NCBI RefSeq assembly: GCF_035594765.1 | Contig: NC_085841.1 | Location: 36,873,636-36,937,635 of the forward strand | Source of the DNA: Anolis carolinensis | Taxonomy: Eukaryota | Reading direction: 5' to 3' | Length of the DNA: 64,000 bases | Shown: positions 39,209 through 52,163 of the stretch, one piece after another | Position numbering within the stretch: position 1 is the first letter of the stretch | Layout of the letters: each line of letters opens with the position of its first letter | Translations under genes and position numbers: made by a program | The notes under the pieces: model-generated | What the model was told of the DNA's origin: nothing | The model's input: only the letters and a program-made list of their open reading frames with translations | Database searches by the model: none

Positions 39209-41399
39209 TATATGGGGTGGGGGGGAGCACTTTGGATAGCATAGGGAAGAGCTGATTCTGCTGTGGTGTTTGTTTTGCTGTCTGTGTCCCTGTTCAAAAG
39301 ATTTCACCTAGGGAAGATTCCTAGGGAAGTGTTCTCTCATCTAAAAAGAGTGTTTTTTAATTTGTGTTGATGCCCACTTTCACAGGGGTCTTGCACCCCT
39401 GATCCCTGCAGAAGTGAACAGCATACTGTACTTAGGTTGCAGTGATTCCTAGCTAAAACTAAGATTTACAGTGTATTTCAACACATAACTATTGTGATAG
39501 AAAGAGCCAGCTCAATAAAATCAGCCTTCCATCATCTTCAAATTATAGGGCAGACGTGGCAGTACATATTTTTACATTTTATTTCAGGTTGTCAATAGAG
39601 ATGTTGAACAGTAAAAATGGGCTAAGTATGAAATGCTTCACTTAATATAGAAAATCTGTAGAAATAGTGTTTCAGTTGCAAACAAGATATTTCCAGTGGT
39701 TTTATGTGCATATGCAGGGACATAGAACAAAGAAAAGCCCCAATAGAAATGACTGTACTAACACAGACATAAGAGTATCTATAAAATAACTAATTTAGAA
39801 ATGTGCCCCTGACAGAAGCTTTCTCACAGTGTCTTTGTTAATTATAATGCTAGTCATTAAATGTAATCCATAGGAAAGCTGCTGCGGCTTTTCTCACTTT
39901 GAACATTCTTATTGGGAGCATAAGAAGCATTACAATTAAACCAAGCCAAGGATCTATAAAACAGGACATTGTTTACACTGATTGGCCACGGCTTTCTAAG
40001 GTTTAGGACATGAGTTGTAATTTTAGGTAAGAAAAAGCATACTTTCTCCAGACTATGCATTTTAAAAGCTGGAAACTGAAGTACTTCAAATCATTCCAGT
40101 TAGAGTATATCTACACTAATAAATTATAGCAGCTTGAAATCACTACCTCACCCAGTTTTTAAGGAGAAACTACAAGTCACAGCTTCATAACCAAATAGCA
40201 TCTACCCCAGCTTTGCTATGGCACAATTGTCTACTGCAGTGGTTCTCAAATCATAATCCTCCAGATATTTGATGTTTGTTTCCCAGATTTCCTGATAATT
40301 TGTCATGTTGACACAAACTTTTAGGGGCTGAAGACAACAAAATATGAAGAATTGAGTATTGGAAAACACAGAACTACAGGGTGCTATGCAATGTCTCTTA
40401 AAAACAAAAGTTAGAATCAAACCTGATTGATCCTAGAATCTGCTGAGCACAGTAGTCTTTGGTTCATCAGGGGCCAATTATTAAGTCTACCCATCACCTC
40501 ATTTAGAGATGCCAAGGCCCTCTGATTATAAATCATCTGCCCTTTCACTGAGCTAAAATATTTTAGGAAATTATATAGTATTCCCTAGAGCAGCTTTCCA
40601 ATGGATGTTGGATTACAACTCCTACGATCCCTCACCACAAGGAACATGCTAACCGAGGCTTCTCAGAGTTGAAATCCAATGACATATTGGGATGTAAAGT
40701 AAGGAACTGCTGTCCTCAAGGATTTTAGGATAATGGGGAGGCAAATGAAAGATTTATCAGACTAACTAAGCATTATTACCCATTCATTTTCCAGCTTCTA
40801 ACATAGAAATGATTGATAAATATGGTTGCTTTTAATTTGGTAATTGCTAAGTCAATTAACATCAGGAATACAAACATGACTTTGGATATACAAATTTGCA
40901 ATATTGTTAAAGAGTAAATATTGAACAAGAAGAATGATACATTCACCTACCATTAAATCTGTTTGTTCAATATCTATTGGACAGGAACTCATTGTCTTTT
41001 TCAAGCTGTTATGCAAAGCAAACAATTCTAGCAGAAAATCTCTGGTTTCAGTCATTCCCATCTAAGAAATGTGCTGCTGTCTTTCCATCCTACACAGGGC
41101 TAGCCTCTAAAAATGAATTTTCACCTTTTAAATTAAATCCAGCACTTAGGGATTTGGAATGTATTTAAAACTACAGAGACCACTAATGTTCATGAAACTG
41201 CTTGTAATTTTTAATAAAGTAATTATACTGGAATTGGGGTTAATCTATTTACAGTATTTGTAAACATCAGGAATTTTTTTCCATATTACCATGTTACCAT
41301 GTATAAATATGTGAGGGGAAGTCATAGGGAGGAGGGAACTGGGGTTAATCTATTTACAGTATTTGTAAACATCAGGAATTTTTTTTCCATATTACCATG

Positions 41400-41744
41400 T
41401 TACCATGTATAAATATGTGAGGGGAAGTCATAGGGAGGAGGGAACACACTTGTTTTCTGCTGCCCTAGAGATTAGGATGCGGAACAATGGCCTCAAACTA
41501 CAAGAAAGGAGATTCCATCTGAACATTAGGAAGAACTTCCTCACTGTGAGAGCTGTTCAGCAGTGGAACTCTCTGCCTCGGAGTGTGGTGGAGGCTCCTT
41601 CTTTGGAGGCTTTTAAGCAGAGGTGGAATGGCCATCTGTCGGGGGTGCTTTGAATGTGATTTTCCTGTTTCTTGGCAGGGGGTTGAACTGGATGGTCTGT
41701 GAGGTCTCTTCCAACTCTATGATTCTATGAAACTATGATTCTAT
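41400..41744 (+). mobile_element. CR1 3' end
   Basis: [13 protein letters not shown]...GHLSGVL* followed by ATTCTATG tail repeats. Confidence 0.9.
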
Positions 41745-42664
41745 GTTTGTTCTTCTCCAGTGGAAGTCTCAGAATGTCTAGGCAAAGGCCTGGAGCATAT
41801 TCTGAGTGTAGTATCTGAGTGTAGTATCTCTACAGAGTATGTTTACTTTTGACGTGTTTTGGCCGTTTCTAATTGCCTAAGTTATCTTATCTCTACCACA
41901 ATTCTCCACTATTAATATTGGCTTCCTGCCAACATTAATAAGAACTTGCAGGTGAGGATGTAGTGTGAATTATCTTCTAGAGGGTATTAACACACATTAA
42001 AATTAGATAGCATAAGTGGGGCTCAAGCATCATGTGAAGCATAGCAGTTCTCCTTCCCATACCAGCACCACAATCACTGTACTAGTTATACAACTCTCAG
42101 CTATTGAAAAAGTTTGTTTTAATTATAACATTACTGTCACATCACCTGTGTTTCTGAAAAACATTAGTTTTGCTACATTTTAGACAAAGTTAATAGGAAT
42201 TCTCAAAGCCATTCTGAATCACTGGAGGGTTTCCTAGCAGTACCAGTGTTTTATAGCAATTTGAGTGTTGGACTAGGGGTGCATCTAAACTGTAGAATTA
42301 TGTAATGCATTTTGACACCACTTTAATTGCAATGGCTCAATGCTGTGGGATCCTTGGAGTTGTAGTTTTACAAGAGCTGGCTTTCTCTTGCAAAGGGTGC
42401 TGGTGCCTTGCCAGACTACAAATTCCAGGATTCCCTAGCATTGAGCCATGGCAGTGAAAATTGTGTCAAACTGAATTAATTTTATAGTGTAGTACAGTGA
42501 AACCAGGGCGCTTGGACAAGTCACATTCTCTCAGCTTCTGAGGAAGGCAAAGATAGCTCCACTTTGAACCAATTCAGAAAACATTGTGATAAGGACCTTG
42601 TAGGGTTGTTATAAGTCAGAATTGACTTGTGCACATAACAACAACTAGAACAACACTTTCTTCT

Positions 42665-44583
42665 TTACTCGTTCAGTCGTTTTTGACTCTTCGTGACCTC
42701 ATGGACCAGTCCACGCCAGAGCTCCCTGTTGGCCGTCGCTGCCCCCAGCTCCTTCAAGGTTGAGCCAGTCATTTCAAGGATACCGTCCATCCATCTCGCC
42801 CTTGATCGGCCTCTCTTCCTTTTTACTTCCATTTTCCCCAGCATCATGATCTTCTTCAAGCTTTCCTGTCTCCTCATGATGTGCCCAAAATACTTCAGCT
42901 TTGCCTCTAGTATCCTTCCCTCCAGTGAGCAGCCGGGCACTGGCTGGAGGATGGACTGGTTGGATCTTCTTGCGGTCCAAGGCACTCTCAAGATTTTGCT
43001 CCAGCACCAAAGTTCAAAAGTGTCTGTCTTCCTTCGCTCAGCCTTCCTCATGTCCAGCTCTCGCAGCCATAGGTTACTATGGGGAATACCATTGCTTTCA
43101 CTATGCAGACCTTCGTTGTCAGTGTGATGTCTCTACTCTTCACTCTTTTATCAAGATTGGCCATTGCTCTCCTCCCAAGAAGTAAATGTCTTTTGATTTC
43201 CTGGCTGCTGTCTGCATCTGCAGTGATCTTCGCACATAGAAATATAAAGTCTGTCACTGCCTCCACGTTTTCTCCCTCTATTTGCCAGTTGTCAATCAGT
43301 CTGGTTGCCATGATCTTGGTTTTCTTGATGTTTGACTGCAGCCTGGCTTTTGCACTTTCTTCTTTCACCTTGATGATAAGGCTCCTCAGCTCCTCTTCAC
43401 TTTCAGCCATCAGAGTGGTATCATCTGCATACCTAAGGTTGTTAATGTTTCTTCCAGAAATTTTAACTCCAGCCTTGGATTCGTCAAGCCCTGCACGCCG
43501 CATGATGTGTTCTGTGTACAAGTTGAATAGGTAGAGCGATAGTATACAGCCCTGCCGTACTCCTTTCCCAATCTTGAACCAGTCTGTTGTTCCGTGATCT
43601 GTTCTTACTGTGGCTACTTGGTCTTTATACAGATTTCTCAGGAGACAGACAAGGTGACTTGGTATCACCAAGCACATGCCACAGTTTGTTATGGTCCACA
43701 CAGTCGAAGGCTTTAGAATAGTCAATAAAGCAGAAGTAGATGTTTTTCTGAAACTCCCTGGCTTCCTCCATTATCCAACGGATATTGGCAATTTGGTCTC
43801 TTGTTCCTCTGCCTTTTCTAAACCCAGCTTGGACATCTGGCAGCTCTCGCTCCTTGTATTGCTGGAGTCTGCCTCGCAGGATCTTGAGCATTACCTTACT
43901 GGCATGTGAAATAAGTGCCACTGTACGGAAGTTTGAACATTTTTTAGCATTTCCCTTTTTTGGTATGGGGATGTAAATTGACTCTTTCCAATCTGATGGC
44001 CATTCTTGTGTTTTTCATATTTGCTGGCAGATGGCATGCATCACCTTGACAACATCACCTTCCAAGATTTTAAACAACTCAGCTGGGATCCCATTGTCTC
44101 CTGCTGCCTCGTTATTAGCAATGCTTATTAAGGCCCATTCAATCTCACTCCTCAGGATGTCTGGTTCTAATTCACTCACCACACCGTCAAAGCTATCCTC
44201 TATATTATTATCCTTCCTATACAGATCTTCTGTATATTCTTGCCACCTTTTCTTGATCTCTTCAGCTGCTGTTAGGTCCTTGCCATCTTTGTTTTTGATC
44301 ATGCCCATTTTTGCCTGAAATTTGCCTCCGATGTTTCTGATTTTCTGGAAGAGGTCTCTTGTCCTTCCTATTCTTCCACTTCCATGCATTGCTTGTTTAA
44401 AAATAGTTCCTTGTCTCTCCTGGCTAACCTCTGGAATTGTGCATTTAATTGGGCATATCTCCCCCTATCGCTGTTTCCTTTCGCCTTCCTTCTTTCTTGG
44501 GCTACTTCCAGTGTCTCAGCAGACAACCACCTTGCCTTCTTGGTTTTGTTTTTCTTTGGGACGTACTTTGTTGCTGCCTCCTG
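42665..44583 (-). mobile_element. BovB/RTE LINE, 5'-truncated and frameshifted
   Basis: Successive minus-strand ORFs encode RT motifs QAGFRKGRGTRDQI, FIDYSKAFD, GVRQGCILS, NINNLRYADDTTLMAESEEEL and the C-terminus WRGLVHEVTKSQKRLNE. Confidence 0.95.
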
Positions 44584-45262
44584 AACACAGTACTACTAAA
44601 TGTAATCCATTGCAGCATGAAGCTGGTTTTCTAATGCAGGAATTTCTACTGTATATATTATGAATTGGGCCCTCGTCTTTGGAATTCCACCAGGGCCCTA
44701 GCTGCCCTGTTTTGGTATTCCATTCATATACTTTAAATTGGCCAAAGGATAGGAAACAGAGTAGGGATAAAAGTTTATTTCTCACAGTGGAGGTCTGTAA
44801 AAAATCAGATTCCCTCAAAAACTCTTTTGGGACAGGTGCTTAGCTGTTTAGCTCCAAATAAACAATCTGAATTTCACTGAACTGGGAGAAGAGGGAATAA
44901 AATAGTAAATGAGATCCAATGTGAGTCAGAGTGAAGCCATGCATATTAGGGCAAAGAATACCAGCCTCACATATACACTGATGGTGTTTGACCTGGAAGT
45001 GACTGACTTCAGTCAAAATGTAGGGGAAAAAAATCTGTAAATGTTGTTTTTAAAAAGGGAGGCAAACTTATTTGTAGTTAATAGAAAAGGTATTCAAATA
45101 ATCTTTCAGTATTGTACTGCCTTTATACAAACTCATGGTACAACCCCATTTTGAAATTTTGTGTACAATTATAGCCACTGAAACTTTAAAATTATATTGT
45201 ACAGTGGGAAAAGTATAAGAGCAGTACAGTCAACAATTGAATTGCCATGTGTCATATAAGTA

Positions 45263-45585
45263 CAGTAGAGTCTCACTTATCCAACATAAACGGGCCAGCA
45301 GAACGTTGGATAAGTGAATATGTTGGATAATAAGGAGGGAGTAAGGAAAAGCCTATTAAACATCAAATTAGATTATGATCTTACAAATTAAGCACCAAAA
45401 CATCATGTTTAACAACAAATTTGACAGAAAAAGTAGTTCATTACGCAGTAATGTTATGCTGTAATTACTGTATTTACGAATTTAGCACCAAAATATCCTG
45501 ATATATTGAAAACATTGACTACAAAAATGCGTTGGATAATCCAGAACGTTGGATAAGCGAGTGTTGGATAAGTGAGACTCTACTG
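45263..45585 (-). mobile_element. Tc1/mariner-superfamily MITE, opposite orientation
   Basis: Perfect TIRs, TA TSD. Confidence 0.9.
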
Positions 45586-45809
45586 TAGTTGCAGTCCAGT
45601 TTTTTGCCTTAAAAGAAAGAGTACCTCAAAGCTTTGTGGTAGAAATTAGTCCTATTAGGCATACCTCTGGATTTGATCCTGCTGGGTCAGCCTCTGGGAA
45701 GAGACTGTTCTCTGCTTCTGCAAAGTCCCTATTGCATAGCTGACTTTTTAAAAAAATCAGAAAGTTTTTCTTATATTGATCTTTCTCTCCCATTTTCCCT
45801 TCCTTACAG

Positions 45810-45896
45810 GTTGGAAATGAATTTGGATATTTTCCAAAGGACTTACTTGAAATAAAGCATATTTATACCCATGATGAGCTAGAATTGCCAACAGAT
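45810..45896 (+). CDS. MIA3: MIA3 exon 3
   Basis: 87 nt, AG/GT ends. Encodes VGNEFGYFPKDLLEIKHIYTHDELELPTD. Confidence 0.96.
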
Positions 45897-46393
45897 GTAA
45901 GTTATTTGTATATTTGTTTTGATCTGTATACCGTTCTTTTGAAGGGTTTGGAAATATTATAGATGACTCTGTGTCTAAAAATAACAACCAGACATATACA
46001 TGAACTGAAAAAAAAGCTGGCAAGGAAGGAGATAAAATTTGTTTAAATTACCTGTCTTATTTCTCAAACCAATTGATTGAGAACAATTATTTTCTCTATT
46101 TGGTGCAATGCTTCAGGAGAGAAAGCTTACTCATGTATCTTGTGACCTGTCAAGCTGAATGTAGTCTGCCAACCATTTATGAAAACTAGTGATTCATTAA
46201 ACATTGTTTGTTCTGCACGAGCAGAACTTGTAATACAGGAGACCTGTCAAACGCTTACAGGCCACAGTGCAAGACTTTCTGAGTCATATTATACAGACAT
46301 ATGCTAAATGCTGTATTTGACTGCTTAGGGTGCAGTACTATGTACATTTTATTCATAAGCAAGTTCCATTGTAAGTCTAACTTCCCAGTAAGT

Positions 46394-46466
46394 GGAAGGT
46401 CTGTAGCTCAGTGGAAGAAAATAAGCTTTCCATGCAGAAGGCCGCAGGTGCAATCCTCAGTATCTC
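46394..46466 (+). pseudogene. Degenerate tRNA-like sequence (SINE head or tRNA pseudogene)
   Basis: TGTAGCTCAGTGG A-box and decayed B-box GGTGCAATCC at tRNA spacing; stems do not pair fully. Confidence 0.5.
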
Positions 46467-47590
46467 TTGAATTGTTTTGGAGTTGTTGCAGGTAAAAAAA
46501 AAATCCTGCATCTAACAAAGCAGGTATAGAAGCAAAACAAAGGAGCCTGTAGTAGAGCCTCTAACAGTTTAGACCAGAGCTTTCCAAACTATGTGTCAGT
46601 ACATGTTAGTGTGTCAGCTGCAGTGCATAGTTATGTCACAGGAACATAACAAGAAATGGCAAAAATCTTACAAATCTTATAAATGAAAGATTTCCATGAG
46701 ATATGTTGTATGCTGTATGCTTTTAACAGTTGCATTAAGAGGACACTGAAAGAGGCCTAGGGAAACACAGACTTGCAGTGTTGCAGCAGTGTATCTGCAG
46801 TAAACAATGCAATTTAGTTTGAGCTGTGAAAGAGCAGGATTCTAGCTTGTCCTGCTGTAGTTGTATGTTTGCCTACAGCTAGAAAAACAAATGGCAGCTG
46901 CTTCCAGAACCCTTTAATGGACATAGAGGAACAGCAAAACAAAGAGAAAAGGGGAGATGACGTAAGCTTGCATCACTCCCCAGCATGTTCAAAACAACAC
47001 ATAGCTCTATGAGTTTTACCACCAAAATGGGAATCATAAGAGAGTTATTGCTGGTTATAAAAAGGGAAAGTAATTCCTGAATGCATTTTGCAAGAAGCCT
47101 TCCAATGGTCTACAAGAGGACTGAAATATTATAGTATCCTTAATAAGGGTGACTTGCTTGTTCACTCCGCACATCCATTGCTGATAGCTTTGAATAAAAA
47201 CATTGCTGAAACATATTGCAGTGTTGTTTTTTGTAATGTAGGAACCTACCTCTATTATTTTTATATTATTCTGCCTTCCTACCATTTTTTTCCTTAAAGG
47301 GGAGTAATCACCAAGAACACATTTGGTTCGTTAACTAGAATAATGTATGTATATCTATTATGCTAAGTTTGCTTTGCTCTCACATTAGGAGGCATAAATT
47401 TGCAGATTAAAACTTTTTGAAAATCTAGGATAGTTCATGTTTCCACTTTCTAACTAATAATTTAGTTACAGATTTTAATAGTAGAATAAAACAAATTTCA
47501 TCTAAATTAAAAGAAAAATTAAGATGTGGCAATATTTTGTGGAAAAGCCGTTTTCTTTTAGTTACTGAAATTGACTTTATCTCCTTTCAG

Positions 47591-50444
47591 GAAACAGATT
47601 TCATTTGCTTTGATGGAGGCAAAGATGATTTTGATAATTATAATGTGGATGAGCTTTTAAAGCTATCAGAAAATATACTAGCTATTAATGATGATGAAAA
47701 TGAGCTGGGAACTGAAAAGGAAGAAGAACCTGAAGGGATTGATCTGGAGAGTGATGGTTTTGAAGTAAGCTCCGAAGAGGAGAGTGAGGACCATGCCAAA
47801 ATGGGTGAAAAAGACAATGTTCTACTTGATAATAAAAAGAATGTAGAGGAAACTCTTGATTCCAAGAGTGAAGACCTCATTGTAAATAGTGATACAGATA
47901 ATTCTCAGGGAGACCAAAGTGCACATCAGCCTTTTGAAGAAATTCTGCAAGAAACATTAAAAGTGCCAAAACATGAAAGTGCCAAAAACTCTAACATATC
48001 TCAGGGAAAACCTAACCAATCAGTTTATGGAAGCAAAGATGATGGAGCTTACACACTTTTACGTCAAGATGTATCAGCGGACCTGAAAACAACATTTGGC
48101 TCAACTGCAGATGCCATTGTATCTGATGATGAGGCAACTGCTCTTGTTACCTCACTTGACGCTGATTTGGGGGAAGATATGGACACTGATTCTTATGAAA
48201 CAGAGAAGCTAGAAAAACCAAAGCAGCAGCCAGAAGTCATTCCTTTACTGCCTTTTACAGAAGGAGAAATCAAATCTTTGGAAGATACAGAGTCTAAAAA
48301 GATGTCATCTGACTCAGAAACATCTGAGCTTGATAAGACTGGTAAAACTGCCACAAAATTAATTCATGAAAAAAAGGACAACTCTGGTTTATTGACACAT
48401 TTAGGGGACAAATTTTTTGCAATTGTCAGTGGAGGTGAAAGAACAGTAGATGAAACTGAAAACAATAAGGTTGATTTCAAGGAACAAAATGGGGAGGAAG
48501 AGGAGGAGGAGGAGGAGGAAGAGGAAGAGGAGGAAGAAGATGAGTTAGCTAATTCAGAATTCTCATCAGAAGATGGTCCCCTAATGTCAGAACAGGATCT
48601 TATTACAAAGCAGAAACATAATGCATATACTGAAAACTCTAAGGAAAAAAAGGATACAACTCAGGATTATGAGGAAGATCACGCACAAACTGAGGAAAAA
48701 CCTATTATGGGGGAAGAAGTGCACAGCACTTCTACACATAACTTTGATGCGTTTTCCAGTTATGGAGATGACCAACAATCTAAAGCATCAGTGGAAACAA
48801 ATGCATTAAAGCCACTCCTAGATGACATCAAAGATGAACCAGAAGGCGTTTCGCTTCATAAGGTAAGGAAAGATGAGAAAACAGAAGAAGAGAGAAATGT
48901 GGATGATAGCTTGGAAAATGATACAAAACACAAAAACCTATGGGAAAAAACCGTAAAAAAGGATGAAGAGGATAAACAGCCATTGAACATTATACCAGAT
49001 TTATTGGAAGAATCAAGAAATGGCTCTGAAAGCGATCTAGATAATGATGAGATCTTGGAAGGTGAAATAAATTCTGATAGCAAGCAAGATGAAGATTTTG
49101 AACTAAAACAAATATTTGGCAGTAAGAAACAAACCAATAATTCAACTGTGGAAAACACGTCCATAGAGAAAGATCCTGAAGTGCCTACCAGACAGTCTCA
49201 GCAAGAAACTGTAACACAAGATTCAGAAGACAGCGAAGAGGAAGAAGAGGAGGATGACCCTACAGGTAGCAAGAAGTCAACAAAGAAAGAGTATGTTTTG
49301 AAAGAATCCAAGACAGCAACACAACATACTAATGTTACTCCACAAAATATTGTTAAAAATGAAGCTGAACACTTGGACAAAGTTCCTGGAATGGATATGG
49401 GAATAGACAAATCTCCCACAGAAGAACTCCTGTCTCTGGAGCTAGAAGAAGAAGAAGAAGAAGATTTCATAGAAGAACCAGAAGAGGAGTTACTACAAGA
49501 TGAAAATGCAGTTAGTGCAAAGTTGTCAAAAGAGAGACATACTGATGAACAAGGTTTCACTTTAGATGCTGAAAGCTCAGACCCCCTGCCACAAATGCCA
49601 GATGATGCTATTTCAAGAGCTGCTAATCCTGTTGATGAAATGGGAGAAGAAGCAAGTACAACATTTGAGCAGGCCAAGAAAGAAGTTGGCACAGGGGATT
49701 TTAATGAGGAATATGAAGAGGAAAAACAACAGGAAGCTGACAAAACAGCATTCTCTGAAGTAGAAAATTCTCTGGTTGAGAAGAGTAATGAAATAAAGAA
49801 TAACCATGATGAAATAATGCCAATCAGTTTACACATATCTAAATTGGAAGACAAAGATGACTTTAATCAAACCAAGAAGCATCTTCCAAAAGATTTTTCA
49901 CAGAACAGCCTTGAAGAGCTACAGATTTCAACGGAAGAGACAGAAGGTGAACATTCACATGGTCCTAAAAGTGACATGGAAAACACAAATGAAGCCATAG
50001 AGTCAAAATACAGTGAGTCCATTAGGCAGCTCATTATAATGAAAGAATTCCTTGATGAAAAACGTATTGCACGTATACAAAAGTTTGTTGGGGAAAAACA
50101 TGTCTTCAGGATAGAATCTTTATTTCATGACATGCAGTTGGAGCTGCAACTTACTCAGAAACATGGTGACAACTATGAGAACACTGACAAAGCTTTAGAC
50201 CAGATCCTCGAATCTTCTGAGTCTGACATTTTGGATGTTTTGAATAAGGCTTTAGATGAAAGGGAGGCAGAAAATAAAGAAGAAGTGATCAAAGAAATTG
50301 ACTTGTTTGATGAGGAAGCTGCCTTAATGGATGATATTCAAGAGCTGATGTACTCTTTAAGGCAAAAATACTCTCCAGTTAGTGAGAGCACTCCACTTGC
50401 CTCCTTTCCAGAATCTAAGACAGATCCCAGTGAATCCACTACAG
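47591..50444 (+). CDS. MIA3: MIA3 exon 4 (very large acidic lumenal exon, 2854 nt)
   Basis: Lies within the 988-aa ORF. Starts tttcag|ETDFICFDGGKDDF, contains LKTTFGSTADAIVSDDE and DEEAALMDDIQELMY, ends ACAG|gtaaga; phase 0 to 1. Confidence 0.96.
48493..48540 (+). repeat. Coding (GAG/GAA)n repeat, poly-Glu, in MIA3 exon 4
   Basis: Run of 15-16 Glu codons seen directly. Confidence 0.9.
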
Positions 50445-51899
50445 GTAAGAAGATTTTCAGGTTGCAATCCTGTACACACTTACCTGGAAGTAAATCTGAT
50501 TGAGAGACTTAACTGCTGAGTAGATATAGGATCATGCAGTATACTGCATTGGTTATAGACTTTTGAAAAACCATATATCCCAGTCACTTAAACACATACT
50601 AAGTTGAAAGGGAATTTTAAGTGTTCAACTACTAGATTGGCATATGGGTCAAGGAAGCATTTTAACATAGTTGGTGGGCTCCAAGTCAAAATGAAATGAT
50701 TAACTGATAACAGCTCTAAGAGTTAACCATACAAAAAGAACAGTAAAAGATCTTATGAAACTTCTAAGATGAAAAAAGTTGAAATGAGTTAAAGCTTTTA
50801 TGATCTCTAGCCTACTTTGTCAAATACATGGACTCCATCCATGGAAACTTTGAAGCAAACGTTTTTGTGTGAAATATTTTGACTTCAGAAAAGATTATCA
50901 TCCCTTGAGTCACATCTCAGGAGAAAGGCAGGATATAAATACTTAAATAAACAATTGCTCACAACTTTCACCCCAATTTTGAAAACATCAAGGTTACAAT
51001 AGCATGTCTAAGAAAGTATGCTTAAGACTGACATTTCTGTAGAAGAAGCTGGCTACCTGGCATGCGTTTGACTACTGTGTTATTCCAGCATATTATACTT
51101 CAGTTGTACTCTCAGGCCTGGTTGTCAAGTAAGCCATCTGGTTAAATTCTAAGATGGTCAATCTGCACCTGATCTGTTTCTGAATGCATAATGGAATATG
51201 TCATTAAACATACCCTCCACACAAGAAACTAGAATAATAGAAAGCAGGTTGGACTAGAATATATTCTGCCCAACCGGTAGCTTCCTATTTAAAAGGAATT
51301 ACATCCTACCCATATCCTGAAGTGGTGCAATCCAGGCATAAGCTTATCACTGCAGTAGGAACTTCTAAAGCTGTATTCAAATGCTTTCTATAAGGGCTTA
51401 CTAGAAATGCAAGGAGGGAAATGTACTAGCCCTGTTCCCTAATCATCACCTTGCTGTCTTACAAAGTGATAAGTCTGGAGTGAACAGCCTCTCCAGAGGA
51501 TTCTGAATTCTGATTTCACAGGATTCTAATCTTTATCAGCTACTTATAGTACAAATTTAAAATGTACACTCTATTTCTTCGACTTTGGAAGTCAGAGTGT
51601 ACTTGTAAGTTTGTTGAAGTTAAGTTGGGCAGTTAAGTGAGTTGATATAAGATCATGTTACCTTAAGTTCCATGACTGAAGAAAGGGAAAATAAAAAAGT
51701 AATTTTAAAAAGTTAACAAAAGTCTTTGCAGTGCTTATTTTTACATCTTTTCACAAATGTGGTGCTGGTACTTTCTAGGTGTCATTGAAAGTAAACAGAA
51801 AGATGGATCTGAAGATGCATAATTTAGTTCAAGAAGTAGACAGGGTCCTGGTGATTACAGCCTAACTAAAATATATATGTATACTTATGTTCATTGTAG

Positions 51900-52163
51900 C
51901 TAATGGAAGACAAATTGACCATGACAGGCAACATGTACAAAGCCCTGATGAGGGAATAGATGAAAAACCTCCACTTGATGCAGATCATATGTCAATAAAG
52001 GAAATTCTGGATCAACCAAAAGAGGATGGGAACATTTTGGAAGGAAATGGAATTTTGGATGATACAGGGATTAAAGATCTATTTGACAATGACAAAAAAG
52101 AGCCAAATGTGGATATACCCCTTCAACCAGCTGGTTCAGGAACTGAGAAAGACTTCATGGCAG
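51900..52163 (+). CDS. MIA3: MIA3 exon 5
   Basis: Acceptor cattgtag, donor GCAG|gtaagt; 264 nt, phase 1-1. Ends ...GTEKDFMA. Confidence 0.85.

Noticed and set aside
42693-44663. Plus-strand ORFs of 94-151 aa
   Set aside because: They are antisense shadows of the BovB RT frame.
46394-46466. Functional tRNA gene
   Set aside because: The T-loop is mutated (GGTGCAA) and the acceptor and anticodon stems are broken. The SINE heads at 8981, 9704, 26683 and 32596 are likewise tRNA-derived, not tRNAs.
49198-49854. 218-aa Ser-rich minus-strand ORF
   Set aside because: Antisense shadow of the Glu-rich MIA3 exon 4.
47537-50503. 988-aa ORF as a standalone single-exon gene
   Set aside because: It is bounded internally by a canonical acceptor (47590) and donor (50445) whose phases match flanking MIA3 exons; it is exon 4.
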